The notes below the pieces were generated by a model, which worked only from the letters and a program-made list of their open reading frames with translations, was not told the DNA's origin and searched no databases. From contig JAPPGU010000008.1 of assembly GCA_028821265.1 (NCBI GenBank), positions 36,446 through 100,445 on the forward strand: DNA of 64,000 nt, in the 5' to 3' direction. Positions 37,971 to 48,590 of this stretch are shown here, piece by piece. Position numbers and translations under genes: made by a program. This DNA is from a bacterium (GTDB taxonomy: Bacteria > Actinomycetota > Acidimicrobiia > Spongiisociales > Spongiisociaceae). Each line of letters opens with the position of its first letter. Position 1 is the first letter of the stretch.

Positions 37971-38990
37971 CTAGCCGGCCGGTACCAGGCCGATCTCCAG
38001 GAGGGTGGTTCCCTCCTCGGGTCTGACCACCGCTGAAAACGCTCGGGCGGCGGGGATCGCAGTCGTGCCTCCGGCCGGGACGCCGGTTGGCGAAGCGTTC
38101 CCGTTCCCGACGGAGACCGAGCCACCGGCGACCATCAGGATCCGCAGCTCCGCCTCCCGGACGAGCGCCGCACGGTCCCCTGCGGCAAGGCGATGCTCCC
38201 TCATCCAGTAGTGGGGCGTGGATACCAGCAGGCGGCCTCCGTCGCCGTCCGCAGGCGGGATCGAGGGGACCGGCCGATGCTCGGCAGCCAGCGCCCCGAG
38301 CGCGTCCTCGACATGGAGCGGACGTTCGGGACGCCGGTACTCCTCGGTCCAGTCGTAGAGGCGGAAGGTGGTGTCCGACGGGGTCTGGACTTCGGCGACG
38401 GTGACGCCGGCGCCCAGTGCGTGCACCGTCCCGGCCGGGAGATGGTGGAAGTCGCCCCGCTTCACGGGGATTCTCCGCAGGAGCCCGGCCAGACCGGGCG
38501 TTCCGGCGGCGGCACGGACGTCCTCGATGGTGACTCCGGCACGGAGGCCCTTGAAGATGGCGGCGCCGGGTTCGGCGTCCAGCACGTACCAGGATTCGGT
38601 CTTGGCGAACCATCCACGGCGCCGGGCGGCGTACCCCTCGTCCGGATGCACCTGGATCGAGAGGTGTTCGGCGGTGTCGAGCAGCTTGACCAGGAGGGGA
38701 AAGTCGCCGGCCGGGGTGGGCGGCGCGGAGCCCAGCAGCTCGCGTCCCGACTCCGCGATCAGCTGCCGGAGGCTCTTGCCACGATGGGGGCCGCCAGCCA
38801 CCAGCGTCCGGCCCTCGGCGGATGCCGACAGGGCATCGTCGGGAAGGTCGGCCACCTCCCAGGACTCCCCGTAGGTCGTTCCGGCGGGCAAGTGCTCCGG
38901 CAGGGGCTTGCCGAGCCCTTCCAGCCGGTGCCCGCCCCACGGCTTGGGGACGAGGATGGGCTCGAGAGCGAGCGGGCCGCTTCCCTTCAC
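37971..38990 (-). CDS. manA: Mannose-6-phosphate isomerase, class I
   Basis: …PWGGHRLEGLGK…SWEVADLPD…LLVKLLDTAEHLSIQVHPDE… type I PMI cupin motifs. Confidence 0.8.
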   Translation of the reverse strand: MKGSGPLALEPILVPKPWGGHRLEGLGKPLPEHLPAGTTYGESWEVADLPDDALSASAEGRTLVAGGPHRGKSLRQLIAESGRELLGSAPPTPAGDFPLLVKLLDTAEHLSIQVHPDEGYAARRRGWFAKTESWYVLDAEPGAAIFKGLRAGVTIEDVRAAAGTPGLAGLLRRIPVKRGDFHHLPAGTVHALGAGVTVAEVQTPSDTTFRLYDWTEEYRRPERPLHVEDALGALAAEHRPVPSIPPADGDGGRLLVSTPHYWMREHRLAAGDRAALVREAELRILMVAGGSVSVGNGNASPTGVPAGGTTAIPAARAFSAVVRPEEGTTLLEIGLVPAG

Positions 38991-39127
38991 CGGTGATCAC
39001 CGGAGAACCGGACGGCCGGGCAGGTCACGGTGCTGCGTAACATGGCGGCGATGCCGAGCTGGTACATGGATCAGATCGTATCCCGTTCGGGCATCTCCCT
39101 CCCCGATTCCCGAGCCATGGAGTCACG

Positions 39128-41677
39128 ATGACCGAGCCCTCCTACCGGTTGCCCCGCCAGGTAGTCCCCAGCCACTACCGATTGCGGATGGAACCCGATC
39201 TCGATACCGCCACCTTCACCGGGTCCGAGGTGGTGACCTTCGACGTGGTCGAGGCTACCGACCGGGTGGTGCTTAACGCCGCCGAGCTGCAGATCGATGA
39301 GGCTCGATTCGTCCGTGGCGACGCCAGCGCCCAAGCCGAGGTCGAGTATGACGAGGAACTGCAGCGAGCCACCCTCCGGGTCCCTAAGCCCCTGTCGACC
39401 GGCCGATGGGAGCTCCACTGCCGCTTCACCGGGATCCTCAACGATCAGCTCCGGGGCTTCTACCGGTCCACGTTCGACGACGAGGACGGGAACTGCCAGG
39501 TCATAGCCACAACCCAGTTCGAGGCCACCGACGCCCGCCGCGCCTTCCCGTGCTGGGACGAGCCGGACTTCAAGGCCTCCTTCGGGGTCACCCTGGTGGT
39601 GCCGGAGGACCTGATGGCGGTCTCGAACGGCGCCGAGGTCGAGCGGGCGCCCCTCGGCGACGGCCGGGTGGCGATCACCTTCGCCGACACCATCGTGATG
39701 TCTACGTATCTGGTGGCCTTCGTGGTGGGTCCCTTCGAGGCAACCGCGCTGATCGATGTGAACGGGGTGCCGCTCCGTATCGTGGCGCCCAGGGGCAAGA
39801 TGCGCCTGACCGGGTACGCGCTGGAGTGCAGCCGGTTCTGCCTCGACTACCTGGCCACCTACTACGGCATCCCCTACCCGGGCGACAAGGTGGACATGGT
39901 GGCCATCCCCGACTTCGCCTTCGGCGCCATGGAGAACTTGGGATGCATCACCTACCGGGAATCGGTGCTGCTGGTCGACGAGGAGATCGCCACCTCGGCG
40001 GAGAAGATGCGGATCCTGGACGTGATCGGGCACGAGCTGGCCCACATGTGGTTCGGGGACCTGGTCACGATGAAGTGGTGGAACGGCATCTGGCTGAACG
40101 AGGCCTTCGCCACCTTCATGGAGATGAAGGCCGTCGATGCCTTCCGTCCCGAGTGGAAGCGCTGGCTGGAGTTCGCGGCGGCCGAGCGTCCCTGGGCGTT
40201 CAAGACCGACGAGCTGGCCGGAACGAGGCCGGTGGAGTTCGAGGTGCGTTCTCCCGCCCAGGCGGAGGGGATGTTCGACGGCATCACCTACGGCAAGGGC
40301 TCGGCCGTGCTCCGGATGATGGAGCAGTACGTGGGCGAGGAGCCGTTCCGGTCCGGGGTCGAGAGCTACCTGCGGCGGCACGCCTACGGCAACACCGAGA
40401 CGAGGGACTTGTGGGAGAGCCTGGACGAGTCCTCGGGCCGCCCGGTGGGCGAGATCATGGACACCTGGATACTCCAGGGCGGCTACCCGCAACTGAGCGT
40501 CGGTATCGCGGACGGCGGCGTCTCCCTGGAGCAGAGCCGGTTCCTGCTGATCCCCGATCCTGCCGACACCAGTTCCTGGAAGGTCCCCGTCCGGCTACGA
40601 GGCATGGCGGGCGGGGACCCGTTCGAGACAAGCGTGCTGGTGGAGGGGTCGCGGATCACGATCCCGCTGGGCGGACCGGTCGACTGGGTGATCGCCAACG
40701 CGGGCGGGCACGGGTTCTTCCGGTCGCGATACGAGGAGTCCCTGCTGGAGGCTCTCGTGGACCGGCTCCACCTGCTGGACCCGGTGGAGCGGTTCGTGCT
40801 GGTGGACGACGCCTGGACCTTCGTCGAGGCAGGACGATCCGGCGTGTCAGGGTTCGTGGGCCTGGCCTCCGCCTTCAGGGACGAGCAGGAGCAGGCGGTC
40901 TGGGGGGCCTTACTGGGCGCCATCGGCGCCATCGGGCACCATCTGGTCACCGACGGCACCCGGCCCCGCTACGAACGGTGGGTGGCCGGCCTCCTCGCCC
41001 CCCTGGCCGATCGGCTGGGATGGGCGCCCGCCGGTGAGGAATCCGATCTGGTGCGCCGCCTCCGGGGGCGGGTGATCGACTCGCTGGGCCGGCTGGCCAA
41101 CCTCCCCCAGGTCGTCGAGCAGGCCCGGAGCGTCCACGAGCAGCGGGTGGCCGATCCCACGTCGGTGGATCCCGAGGTGGCCGGGGCGGCCATCTCGGTC
41201 TGCGCCGCGCACGGGGACGCCGACACCTACGAGAGGTTCCTCGACCGGTACCGGACCGTCCGCAATCCCCAGGAGTCCCTCAAGTACCTGCGGGCGGTGG
41301 CTTCGTTCGACGCCGAGGATGCCGTGGATCGCACCTTCGAGCTCATCGCCGACCGCAGCGTCCGCAACCAGGACACCAGCTGGGTGCTGGCCCGGATGCT
41401 GGCCAACCGGGTGACCGGTCCCTATGCCTGGTCGAAGTTCAAGGATCGCTGGGACGGCATCCTCGAGATCGCCCCGCCGATGACCCAGGCCCGAATGGCG
41501 GACGGCTTCCCCGCTCTCTCCCATCCCGAGGTGGCGACGGACGTGGCGGCCTTCCTGGCCGACAACCCTCTCCCCCATGCCGCCAAGGCCGTGGAGCAGA
41601 AGCTGGAGCGCCTCTCGGCCCTGGTCAAGATGAGGGAGCGCGAGACGGGAGCGATGGCCGGGGCTCTCCCCGAGTAG
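39128..41677 (+). CDS. pepN: Aminopeptidase N (M1 family zinc metallopeptidase)
   Basis: GAMEN (FGAMENLGC) and HEXXH-(18)-E (IGHELAHMWFGDLVTMKWWNGIWLNEAF) motifs; 849 aa. Confidence 0.9.
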   Translation: MTEPSYRLPRQVVPSHYRLRMEPDLDTATFTGSEVVTFDVVEATDRVVLNAAELQIDEARFVRGDASAQAEVEYDEELQRATLRVPKPLSTGRWELHCRFTGILNDQLRGFYRSTFDDEDGNCQVIATTQFEATDARRAFPCWDEPDFKASFGVTLVVPEDLMAVSNGAEVERAPLGDGRVAITFADTIVMSTYLVAFVVGPFEATALIDVNGVPLRIVAPRGKMRLTGYALECSRFCLDYLATYYGIPYPGDKVDMVAIPDFAFGAMENLGCITYRESVLLVDEEIATSAEKMRILDVIGHELAHMWFGDLVTMKWWNGIWLNEAFATFMEMKAVDAFRPEWKRWLEFAAAERPWAFKTDELAGTRPVEFEVRSPAQAEGMFDGITYGKGSAVLRMMEQYVGEEPFRSGVESYLRRHAYGNTETRDLWESLDESSGRPVGEIMDTWILQGGYPQLSVGIADGGVSLEQSRFLLIPDPADTSSWKVPVRLRGMAGGDPFETSVLVEGSRITIPLGGPVDWVIANAGGHGFFRSRYEESLLEALVDRLHLLDPVERFVLVDDAWTFVEAGRSGVSGFVGLASAFRDEQEQAVWGALLGAIGAIGHHLVTDGTRPRYERWVAGLLAPLADRLGWAPAGEESDLVRRLRGRVIDSLGRLANLPQVVEQARSVHEQRVADPTSVDPEVAGAAISVCAAHGDADTYERFLDRYRTVRNPQESLKYLRAVASFDAEDAVDRTFELIADRSVRNQDTSWVLARMLANRVTGPYAWSKFKDRWDGILEIAPPMTQARMADGFPALSHPEVATDVAAFLADNPLPHAAKAVEQKLERLSALVKMRERETGAMAGALPE

Positions 41678-41876
41678 GTGGTCTGTCTGCGGGTTGGCGG
41701 TGCGGTATGGCGTCGGCAGCGGGGTTCCTCGCAAGGCCCGCTGACGAAGGCGTGGCCGCAGCGGCACGTTGAGGAAGCGGAACGCAGCGACGGGGCGCCG
41801 ATGACCGCCAGAGCACGCCAAGCTTCCCGCCGGCAGACCACTAACGTCAGGATCGACGCAGGAGAGGAAGCAGGCC

Positions 41877-42512
41877 ATGGACATTTCATTCTGGGTGGAC
41901 CCGCTCTGACCGTGGTGCTGGGTGACGGCCCGGTGGGTTGTCGACGAGGTTACGCCGGAGCGGGACGTACGGGTTGAGTGGGAACCCATCAGCCTGATGT
42001 TCAAGAACGATCCGGAACCGGGTTCGGACCGGCACCGGACCACCTCCCGGACCCACGGCATGCTGCGGGTGATGGAGTCGGTGAGGACGGAGTTGGGCAA
42101 CGAGGGCGTGTTCCAGGCCTACTGGGCGTTCGCCACCCGCATCCACCACGACCGGAACCTGTTCGACTTCGATGTCGCCCAGGTGTTGGCGGCCATCGGC
42201 ATCGACTCCGGCCACGCCCGGGCCTTCGGGGACGGCTCGTGGGACGGGGAGATCCGCCGCCGCATGGATACCGGGCTCGCTCTGGTCGGCGATGACGTGG
42301 GCACCCCGATCATCGCCATGGAGGATGCCCGGGGCGACCGGGTGGGGATGTTCGGGCCGGTGATCACCCGGGTACCCGGCCGTGACGACTCCTTGCGGCT
42401 CTGGGACGGTCTGGTGGCGGTCACCACCGTGCCGGGCTTCTGGGAGCTGAAGCGAACCCGCACCGAGGACCCCGAGTTCGGCGAGCGCCCTGCCGGGGCT
42501 ACACCCGTCTAG
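41877..42512 (+). CDS. DsbA/FrnE-like thioredoxin-fold oxidoreductase, candidate selenoprotein (in-frame TGA 41907-41909 replacing the first Cys of the CPWC motif: U-P-W-C)
   Basis: ATG 41877 with GGAGAGGAAG RBS. Reads MDISFWVDPL-[TGA]-PWCWVTARWVVDEV… in frame with downstream ORF 41922-42512. FWxDxxCPWC is the DsbA/FrnE family active-site signature. Confidence 0.7.
41923..41943 (+). promoter_or_regulatory. Candidate bacterial SECIS element: hairpin UGACGGCCC-GGU-GGGUUGUCG
   Basis: Starts 14 nt downstream of the UGA. 8-9 bp stem including G·U pairs; apical loop containing GGU ~23-25 nt from the UGA, matching the spacing and loop-G/U requirement of SelB-binding SECIS elements. Confidence 0.4.
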
Positions 42513-42530
42513 CCGGCCGGGAAGGAGAAC

Positions 42531-43325
42531 ATGAGCTACCCCATCAGGATCGCCGTGCAGATCCGTCCCCAGCACGGCGACTACCGGGACATCAGGGCGG
42601 CCGCCGTCCAGGCCGAGGAGATGGGCGTGGACGCGGTGTTCAACTGGGACCACTTCTACCCGCTCTACGGCGATCCGGACGGCAAGCACTTCGAGTGCTG
42701 GACCATGCTCGCCTCGTTCGCCGAGGTGACCGAGCGGGTGGAGATCGGCGCCCTGGTCACCTGCTACTCGTACCGCAACGCCCACCTGCTGGCCGACATG
42801 GCGCGCACGGTGGACCACATCAGCGACGGTCGCCTCATCCTGGGCCTCGGTGCCGGATGGTTCGAAAAGGACTACAGCGAGTACGAGTACCCGTACGGCA
42901 CCGGCGGCACCCGGCTCCGGGACTTCGAAGCCGGTCTGTACCGCATCACCAAGCGCCTACGGCTGCTCAACCCTCCCCCGGTGCGGGACATCCCCATGCT
43001 GATCGGCGGCATGGGCGAGAAGCAGACCCTACGGCTCGCAGGCCGCTACGCCGACATCTGGCACGGGTTCGGCGGTCCGGAGACGCTCACCCGCAAGAGC
43101 CGGATACTGGACGGTTGGTGCCGCGAGGCGGGACGTGACCCGGCCGAGGTGGAGCGCGCCATCGAGGTCGAGGACCCGACGGACATCGACCGCGCCGACG
43201 GGCTTCTGGCGGCCGGGGCCACCCTGATAACGCTGTCGATCAACGGACCCCGATACGACCTGTCGGCCGTGCCGGACTGGCTCAGCTTGCGGGACGGCCG
43301 GAACGCCGCCCGACAAGGGGGTTGA
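42531..43325 (+). CDS. Luciferase-like monooxygenase family, F420-dependent oxidoreductase class (LLM class F420)
   Basis: …AEEMGVDAVFNWDHFYPLYGD…LILGLGAGWFEKDY… TIM-barrel LLM signature. 19 nt after the selenoprotein gene stop. Confidence 0.7.
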   Translation: MSYPIRIAVQIRPQHGDYRDIRAAAVQAEEMGVDAVFNWDHFYPLYGDPDGKHFECWTMLASFAEVTERVEIGALVTCYSYRNAHLLADMARTVDHISDGRLILGLGAGWFEKDYSEYEYPYGTGGTRLRDFEAGLYRITKRLRLLNPPPVRDIPMLIGGMGEKQTLRLAGRYADIWHGFGGPETLTRKSRILDGWCREAGRDPAEVERAIEVEDPTDIDRADGLLAAGATLITLSINGPRYDLSAVPDWLSLRDGRNAARQGG

Positions 43326-43358
43326 ACCCGCCGCCGTCCCGCCCCATACTGCCCGGCA

Positions 43359-43527
43359 GTCACAAACACCACCGGGCTCTTGCTTTTCGACGTCGGAGGG
43401 ACCGGACCAGGGATCAATCGGGAGCGGACCCGTGCGGGGATGGCGGAACGCGCTCGGACCAAAGGAGGTGGTGGCTGGGGGCCGGGCCCGCCGGGTGGGG
43501 TGTTCTTCGGCGATTTTCGCGTTCTCG
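43359..43527 (-). repeat. Degenerate inverted-orientation copy D of the ~230-bp repeat family
   Basis: Reverse complement reads GAGAACGCGAAAATCGCC…CCGGCGGGCCCGGCCCCCAGCCACCACCTCCTTTGGTCCGAGCG…CCGATTGATC…GGTGTTTGTGAC, alignable to copies A-C. Confidence 0.35.
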
Positions 43528-43686
43528 ACGACCGGGAAGGGCACGGCGTGTCCGATGATCTTCGTGGCCGGTGGCCGGTGGTCAGTGGCCAGTTTGCGAT
43601 CTAGAGGTAATCAAGTCCCTTGCACCCGCAAAGCTTTTGGCGTTGTGTATTTCTCCCGAGTTACAGCATCCACTGACCACTGGTTG

Positions 43687-44895
43687 CTAAACCCGCTCTA
43701 CGACGAGCGAGATCCCCTGGCCGACCCCGATGCACATGGTGGCCAGGCCGAAGCGGCCCCGGCGGCGGGCCAGCTCGTGTACGAGGGTGGTGACGATGCG
43801 CGCCCCCGAGCACCCGAGCGGATGGCCCAGGGCTATCGCCCCGCCGTTGACGTTGAGCCGGTCCGGGTCCAGGTCCAGCTCGTCCCGGCACGCCACGGCC
43901 TGGGCGGCGAAGGCTTCGTTCAGCTCCACCAGGTCCAGGTCGGACACCTCGAGGCCGGCTCGTGCCAGCACCGTGCGGGAGGCCGGCACCGGGCCGATTC
44001 CCATCACGTCCGGATGTACCCCGGCGGCCGCCGATGACACGATGCGGGCCATCGGGGCCAGCCCGGTCCGCTCCAGGCCGGCGGCCGTGGCCAGGATCAG
44101 GCCGGCGGCCCCGTCGTTCATCGGGGAGGAATTGCCGGCGGTGACCGTGCCGCCCTCCACGAAGACGGGCCGGAGCTTGGCCAGTGCCTCCAGGGAGGTG
44201 TCCGGTCGCGGGCCCTCATCGCGGCCGATCAGCGCCATGGTGCGCCTCTTGGGCCCGGCGGGCGCCTCGATGGGAACGATCTCGGCGTCGAAGCGGCCCG
44301 CCTCCTGGGCGGCGACCGCCCTCCGGTGGCTGGCCAGCGAGAACGTGTCCTGGTCGTGGCGGGTGACGCCGTAGGCCGAGGCCACATTCTCGGCCGTCTC
44401 GCCCAGGCTGATCGGCGGGTAGGCGGCCTGCATCCGGCGGTTGACCAGCCGCCATCCCAGCACGGTGTCGACCATCTGCGGCGCTCCCACCCCGTAGGCC
44501 CGCTCCGGCTTGGTCACCACGAAGGGCGCCCGGCTCATCGACTCGGAGCCCCCTGCCACCATCACGTCTCCCCATCCCGCCATGAGCGAGTGGGCGGCGG
44601 TGATCACCGCCTGCATACCCGAACCGCACAGCCGGTTCACGGTCTGGCCGGGCACCTCGATGCCCAAGCCACCCAACAGCGCCGCCATCCGGCCCACGTT
44701 CCGGTTGTCCTCTCCGGCCTGGTTGGCCGCTCCCCAGACAACGTCCCCGACCATCTCGGGTAAGAGGCCCGGGTTGCGTTCGAGGAGGGAGCGGATCACG
44801 TGAGCAGCCAGGTCGTCGGGCCGGACTGCGGCCAACTGACCGCCCAGGAGACCCATCGGGGTCCGGCAGGCGTCGACTATGAAGACATCAGGCAT
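43687..44895 (-). CDS. Acetyl-CoA C-acetyltransferase (thiolase II)
   Basis: [15 protein letters not shown]…; C-terminal active-site region …[20 protein letters not shown]…. Confidence 0.85.
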   Translation of the reverse strand: MPDVFIVDACRTPMGLLGGQLAAVRPDDLAAHVIRSLLERNPGLLPEMVGDVVWGAANQAGEDNRNVGRMAALLGGLGIEVPGQTVNRLCGSGMQAVITAAHSLMAGWGDVMVAGGSESMSRAPFVVTKPERAYGVGAPQMVDTVLGWRLVNRRMQAAYPPISLGETAENVASAYGVTRHDQDTFSLASHRRAVAAQEAGRFDAEIVPIEAPAGPKRRTMALIGRDEGPRPDTSLEALAKLRPVFVEGGTVTAGNSSPMNDGAAGLILATAAGLERTGLAPMARIVSSAAAGVHPDVMGIGPVPASRTVLARAGLEVSDLDLVELNEAFAAQAVACRDELDLDPDRLNVNGGAIALGHPLGCSGARIVTTLVHELARRRGRFGLATMCIGVGQGISLVVERV

Positions 44896-44948
44896 TATCA
44901 GTCCCGTAGGAGGATCCCCCCGCAAGCGGGAGGCGTCGGCCGCTTACG

Positions 44949-45158
44949 CTAGCCCTGATTATTCCTGTTCCCAGCACACCAACACGAATCAGGCCACTTC
45001 AACCACATAATCCGTAAGCGGCCACCCTTCACCCGGCGGTTTTATTCCAAACCCGGCCGGGAGATGGGGCCGTCGAATGGCCATGACTCCAGGCCAGGAT
45101 CATGGAACAACCAATTCCGTCACCCGGACAAACCCCCACCATGAATAATCGGGGCTAG
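44949..45158. mobile_element. MITE-like element copy 1 (~202 bp core flanked by CTAG target duplications; 12-bp terminal inverted repeats CCCTGATTATTC / GAATAATCGGGG, 11/12; IS5-family-like ends)
   Basis: ~85% identical to 54850-55057. Both copies bounded by CTAG on each side, as in the IS5-family YTAR target duplication. No ORF inside. Confidence 0.55.
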
Positions 45159-45228
45159 GTCCCGCCGGAAACGGAGTGGCTGGTTCACAGGCTCGGCGGG
45201 TCCATACCGCCGTGGCAACTAGCTCGGA

Positions 45229-46281
45229 TCAAACGGCGAAGATTCGTTTCGGGTTCTCGATGAGCATGTCGTCGATCTGGTCTCGGGTGACACCGGCATC
45301 GAGGAGCTGGGGAACGATCTCGTTGAGGATGTAGGCGTAGCCCTTGCCGCCGTAGGCGACCAGGTGCGTCTTCAGGCACCGGTCCTGGGCGAGCATGATC
45401 TGCCGGCTGTAGCCGTCAGCGCAGAGGCGGGCCAGCGTTTCGACGCGCTCCCGGTCGGAGATCCAGTGGTCGCCGCCGAAGAGGAGGTGGGTGTCGGTCC
45501 ACGATGTGTCTCCGAAGCAGTCGTAGTCGATGGAGACGCCCCGGTCCATCACCGACTCGTGATACTCGTAGTCGGGGCAGCTCCCGTCCATATGGCTCAT
45601 GTAGACCTTGTCGAGGTCGGCGCCCTCCTCCTCCAAGATGTCGATGTAACGGTGAGCCTCCTTCATGAACACCATCGGATGCACGGTGAGCGGAACCCCG
45701 GTGGCCGCCTGGGCCCTACCCCCGGCCCGGAGGACCTTCTCCTCCTGGGGGTGCAGGGGCTCGCACATGCCCAACTCGCCGATGACGCCCGCCCGAATGT
45801 CGGTCCCCTGGATACCCACCTCGATGTCGCTGATCAACATCTCGGCCAACTCTCCCACCGATGCCGTGGCGTGGCCGGAAGGATGGGACGGAGCGATGTA
45901 CCAACCGGTGGAGGCGACGATGTTGACTCCGGTGGCTTCGCTGGCGACCACGAGGTCATCGGGGTGCCAGCCGGGGATCCGGCCGCTGACATCGACGAAG
46001 CTCTGCCCGCCGGCGTCGGCGTACAGCTGCAGCTCCCGGATGGCGACGTCCAGCTCCGTCATCCGCAGGTTGTCCTTCGATACGTACGGGTGGGCGGCGA
46101 CGTCGCCGGCGTTCTCCGGGGTCACCGGGCCCGCTGCCAGAGCCTGGATCTCGGGCGGATCGCTTGTCGAAGGCTCGTGCCAGAACAGATGCGAGGTGTC
46201 GAGCAGCAGGTGCTCGTGGCTCATAGTGACGCCGAGGTCATCCGGTGAGATCTCGCCGAGGACGGTACGGACGTTGGCCAT
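45229..46281 (-). CDS. Phosphotriesterase-family (PTE/PHP, amidohydrolase superfamily) protein
   Basis: …GVTMSHEHLLLD… (HxH metal site) …TGVPLTVHP… full-length 350 aa. Confidence 0.8.
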   Translation of the reverse strand: MANVRTVLGEISPDDLGVTMSHEHLLLDTSHLFWHEPSTSDPPEIQALAAGPVTPENAGDVAAHPYVSKDNLRMTELDVAIRELQLYADAGGQSFVDVSGRIPGWHPDDLVVASEATGVNIVASTGWYIAPSHPSGHATASVGELAEMLISDIEVGIQGTDIRAGVIGELGMCEPLHPQEEKVLRAGGRAQAATGVPLTVHPMVFMKEAHRYIDILEEEGADLDKVYMSHMDGSCPDYEYHESVMDRGVSIDYDCFGDTSWTDTHLLFGGDHWISDRERVETLARLCADGYSRQIMLAQDRCLKTHLVAYGGKGYAYILNEIVPQLLDAGVTRDQIDDMLIENPKRIFAV

Positions 46282-46298
46282 GAGCTACCGGCTTCCCC

Positions 46299-47201
46299 TC
46301 AGTTCTCCTGATCCTTATCGGAGCCGTCGAGTTGGAGGAGGCGGGCAGCGTTGCCGCCGAGGTAGGCGGCGATGTCGTCGTCGGTCAGGTCGGGGAGGCC
46401 GGGGGCGATGTTGAGCTCCTTGGCGAGGCGGGGGAAGGACTTGATGTAGGGGACGTCCTCGCGGCAGTCGTAGTTGTCGGTGCCCCACAGACACTTGTCG
46501 AGGACCTTGAAGTGCTTGGCGTACTTCAGGAACCGCACGTTGGCCTCCAACGGTTGGAGGAACCCCCACCAGCCGGTCCCGGCGTACATGTTGCGGTTCT
46601 TCAGCATCATCATCACGACCTCTTCGTAGTAGTTGAATCCGGCATGGACCACGATCAGCTTCAAGTCGGGGAACCGAACCGAAACCCTGTCCAGATACAG
46701 GGGATGCTGCTGGCTCAACAAGTCGTATCCCGCCCACCCGGTGTGGACCTGGATGATCATCCCCAACTCCTCGGCCTTCTCGTAGATAGGCATTATCCGC
46801 TCGTCGTCGAGGTTCATGTCGTAGTCGGGCGCCGGGGTGATCTTCATGCCGATGAGACCCATATCCACGATCTCCTCCATCTCCCGCAGCGCGGGGAGGC
46901 CGCCGAGGAGGTCGACGCTGCCCATGCCGATCAGCCGATCGGGGAACTTGGCCACCTCGCCCGCCACGAACTCGGACGGCACGTGGGCGTTCAGATGGGG
47001 CATTTTGATCGCGTGACTGATGGCCATGTCGACGCCTGCTTCGTCCATACGGGCGACCATCTGTTCGCCGCTCATCCCCTGGTTCAGGCCCGTCTTCTCA
47101 CCGATCTCGGTCCAGCCGGCATCGATCATCGCGTCGTCCATCATGGTCAGGTCGCCCCAGCTGTTCGGCTCCGACAGCCAGACGTGGGTGTCGATGATCA
47201 T
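46299..47201 (-). CDS. Amidohydrolase-2 family (TIM-barrel metal-dependent hydrolase, ACMSD-like)
   Basis: MIIDTHVWLSEP… N-terminal metal-binding His/Asp pattern of PF04909-type hydrolases. Confidence 0.65.
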   Translation of the reverse strand: MIIDTHVWLSEPNSWGDLTMMDDAMIDAGWTEIGEKTGLNQGMSGEQMVARMDEAGVDMAISHAIKMPHLNAHVPSEFVAGEVAKFPDRLIGMGSVDLLGGLPALREMEEIVDMGLIGMKITPAPDYDMNLDDERIMPIYEKAEELGMIIQVHTGWAGYDLLSQQHPLYLDRVSVRFPDLKLIVVHAGFNYYEEVVMMMLKNRNMYAGTGWWGFLQPLEANVRFLKYAKHFKVLDKCLWGTDNYDCREDVPYIKSFPRLAKELNIAPGLPDLTDDDIAAYLGGNAARLLQLDGSDKDQEN

Positions 47202-47371
47202 GGATACTCCCGTTCAGGCGTTTGCGCGCGCTCCTTGAGCCACTCCGGCGCCGCGCATGGACTTGAGCCCCACGATACAATCACGACCCCTGCCATCAAC
47301 GATGCACCGAGGGCGTTTCTTGCATGGAAAGGAAGCGATACGGGGCGATTGGCACTGACGAGGGTGGGCGC

Positions 47372-48556
47372 ATGAAGATCACCGGCATCCGTGTGACGCA
47401 TGTGAACGTCCCCTTTGATGCACCTTTCTGGTGGACCGCCGGTCTCTATCCGGGTGCGTCGAAATCGATCGTCGAGGTGGAAACCGACGAGGGCATAGTC
47501 GGCCTTGGGGAGGCGCCGTGGTGGCATTTCGGCGAGGTGATCGAGCGAGAGATCGCGCCCGCTCTGATCGGTGCCGACCCGTTCGATCTCGCCGACTGCG
47601 AGGCGCGGTGCGTGCCTGCCTATCAGATCACCGCGAACACCGGCGAGACTGCCTCGATGGTCGCTTTCGGCGCCGTCGAATTGGCACTCTGGGACATCCA
47701 GGGCAAAGCCCTCGACATGCCCCTCTACAGGCTGCTGGGCGGAGCCGTGCGCAAGGAGATCCCTTTCACCGAATACTTCTCGTTCCGGCCTGAGCACAAG
47801 GGCGCGGGCGGCGAGATGTCGGCCGAGGCCATCGTCGAGTACTGCCTGAGGATGTGCGAGGAACACGGCTCGACCTACTTCGAGGGCAAGCTGATTCTGG
47901 GCGACCCCGAGCTGGAGATACGGACTGTCGCCATGTTGCGCGAGGCCCTCGGCGCGGACGCCATGATCCGCCTCGACTCGAACATGCAATGGTCGCTGAC
48001 CACCGCCCGCTGGGTGTTGCGCGAGGTCGAGGCGTTCAACATCCGCAACTACGAGGACCCGGTCGCAACGTTTGAGGAGATGGCAGAGTTGCGCCGCCAT
48101 ACGATGATCCCCTTCTCCACCCATGTGCCGGACCTGCGCCGCGCCGTCGCGCTGGGGGCGCCCGATGCCTTTGTCTGCAACTTCGCGGCACTCGGCGGCA
48201 TCAGGGCGACGCTCAGATTCGTGGCCGCTTGCGAGGCGATGGGCAAGGACTTCTGGTGCTACTCGAATGACCTCGGCATCATGACCGCGGCCTATCTACA
48301 TCTGACGGCTGCGACGCAGTGGATCACCGAGCCGTCGCAGTCGTTGTTCCGCTGGCAGATCGGGGACGTGGTCGAAGGCGGACCCTTCCGCCAGACCGAC
48401 AACACCATCCGCGTTCCCGAAGGACCCGGCCTCGGCGTCGAGCTCGACCCCGAGTCGATGGCGCGCTGGCACCAGCATTTCGTGGATAACGGGCCGATGA
48501 GCCATTTCCATCATCCGGAGAGCCCGGACCATTACACGCGTTTGCCGCTCAACTGA
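47372..48556 (+). CDS. Mandelate racemase/muconate lactonizing enzyme family (enolase superfamily)
   Basis: MKITGIRVTHVNVPF…IVEVETDEGIVGLGEAP… capping domain plus TIM barrel with metal ligands. Confidence 0.8.
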   Translation: MKITGIRVTHVNVPFDAPFWWTAGLYPGASKSIVEVETDEGIVGLGEAPWWHFGEVIEREIAPALIGADPFDLADCEARCVPAYQITANTGETASMVAFGAVELALWDIQGKALDMPLYRLLGGAVRKEIPFTEYFSFRPEHKGAGGEMSAEAIVEYCLRMCEEHGSTYFEGKLILGDPELEIRTVAMLREALGADAMIRLDSNMQWSLTTARWVLREVEAFNIRNYEDPVATFEEMAELRRHTMIPFSTHVPDLRRAVALGAPDAFVCNFAALGGIRATLRFVAACEAMGKDFWCYSNDLGIMTAAYLHLTAATQWITEPSQSLFRWQIGDVVEGGPFRQTDNTIRVPEGPGLGVELDPESMARWHQHFVDNGPMSHFHHPESPDHYTRLPLN

Positions 48557-48590
48557 TGCGCTCCATCGTGAAGCCGGGACTGGAGGGATC

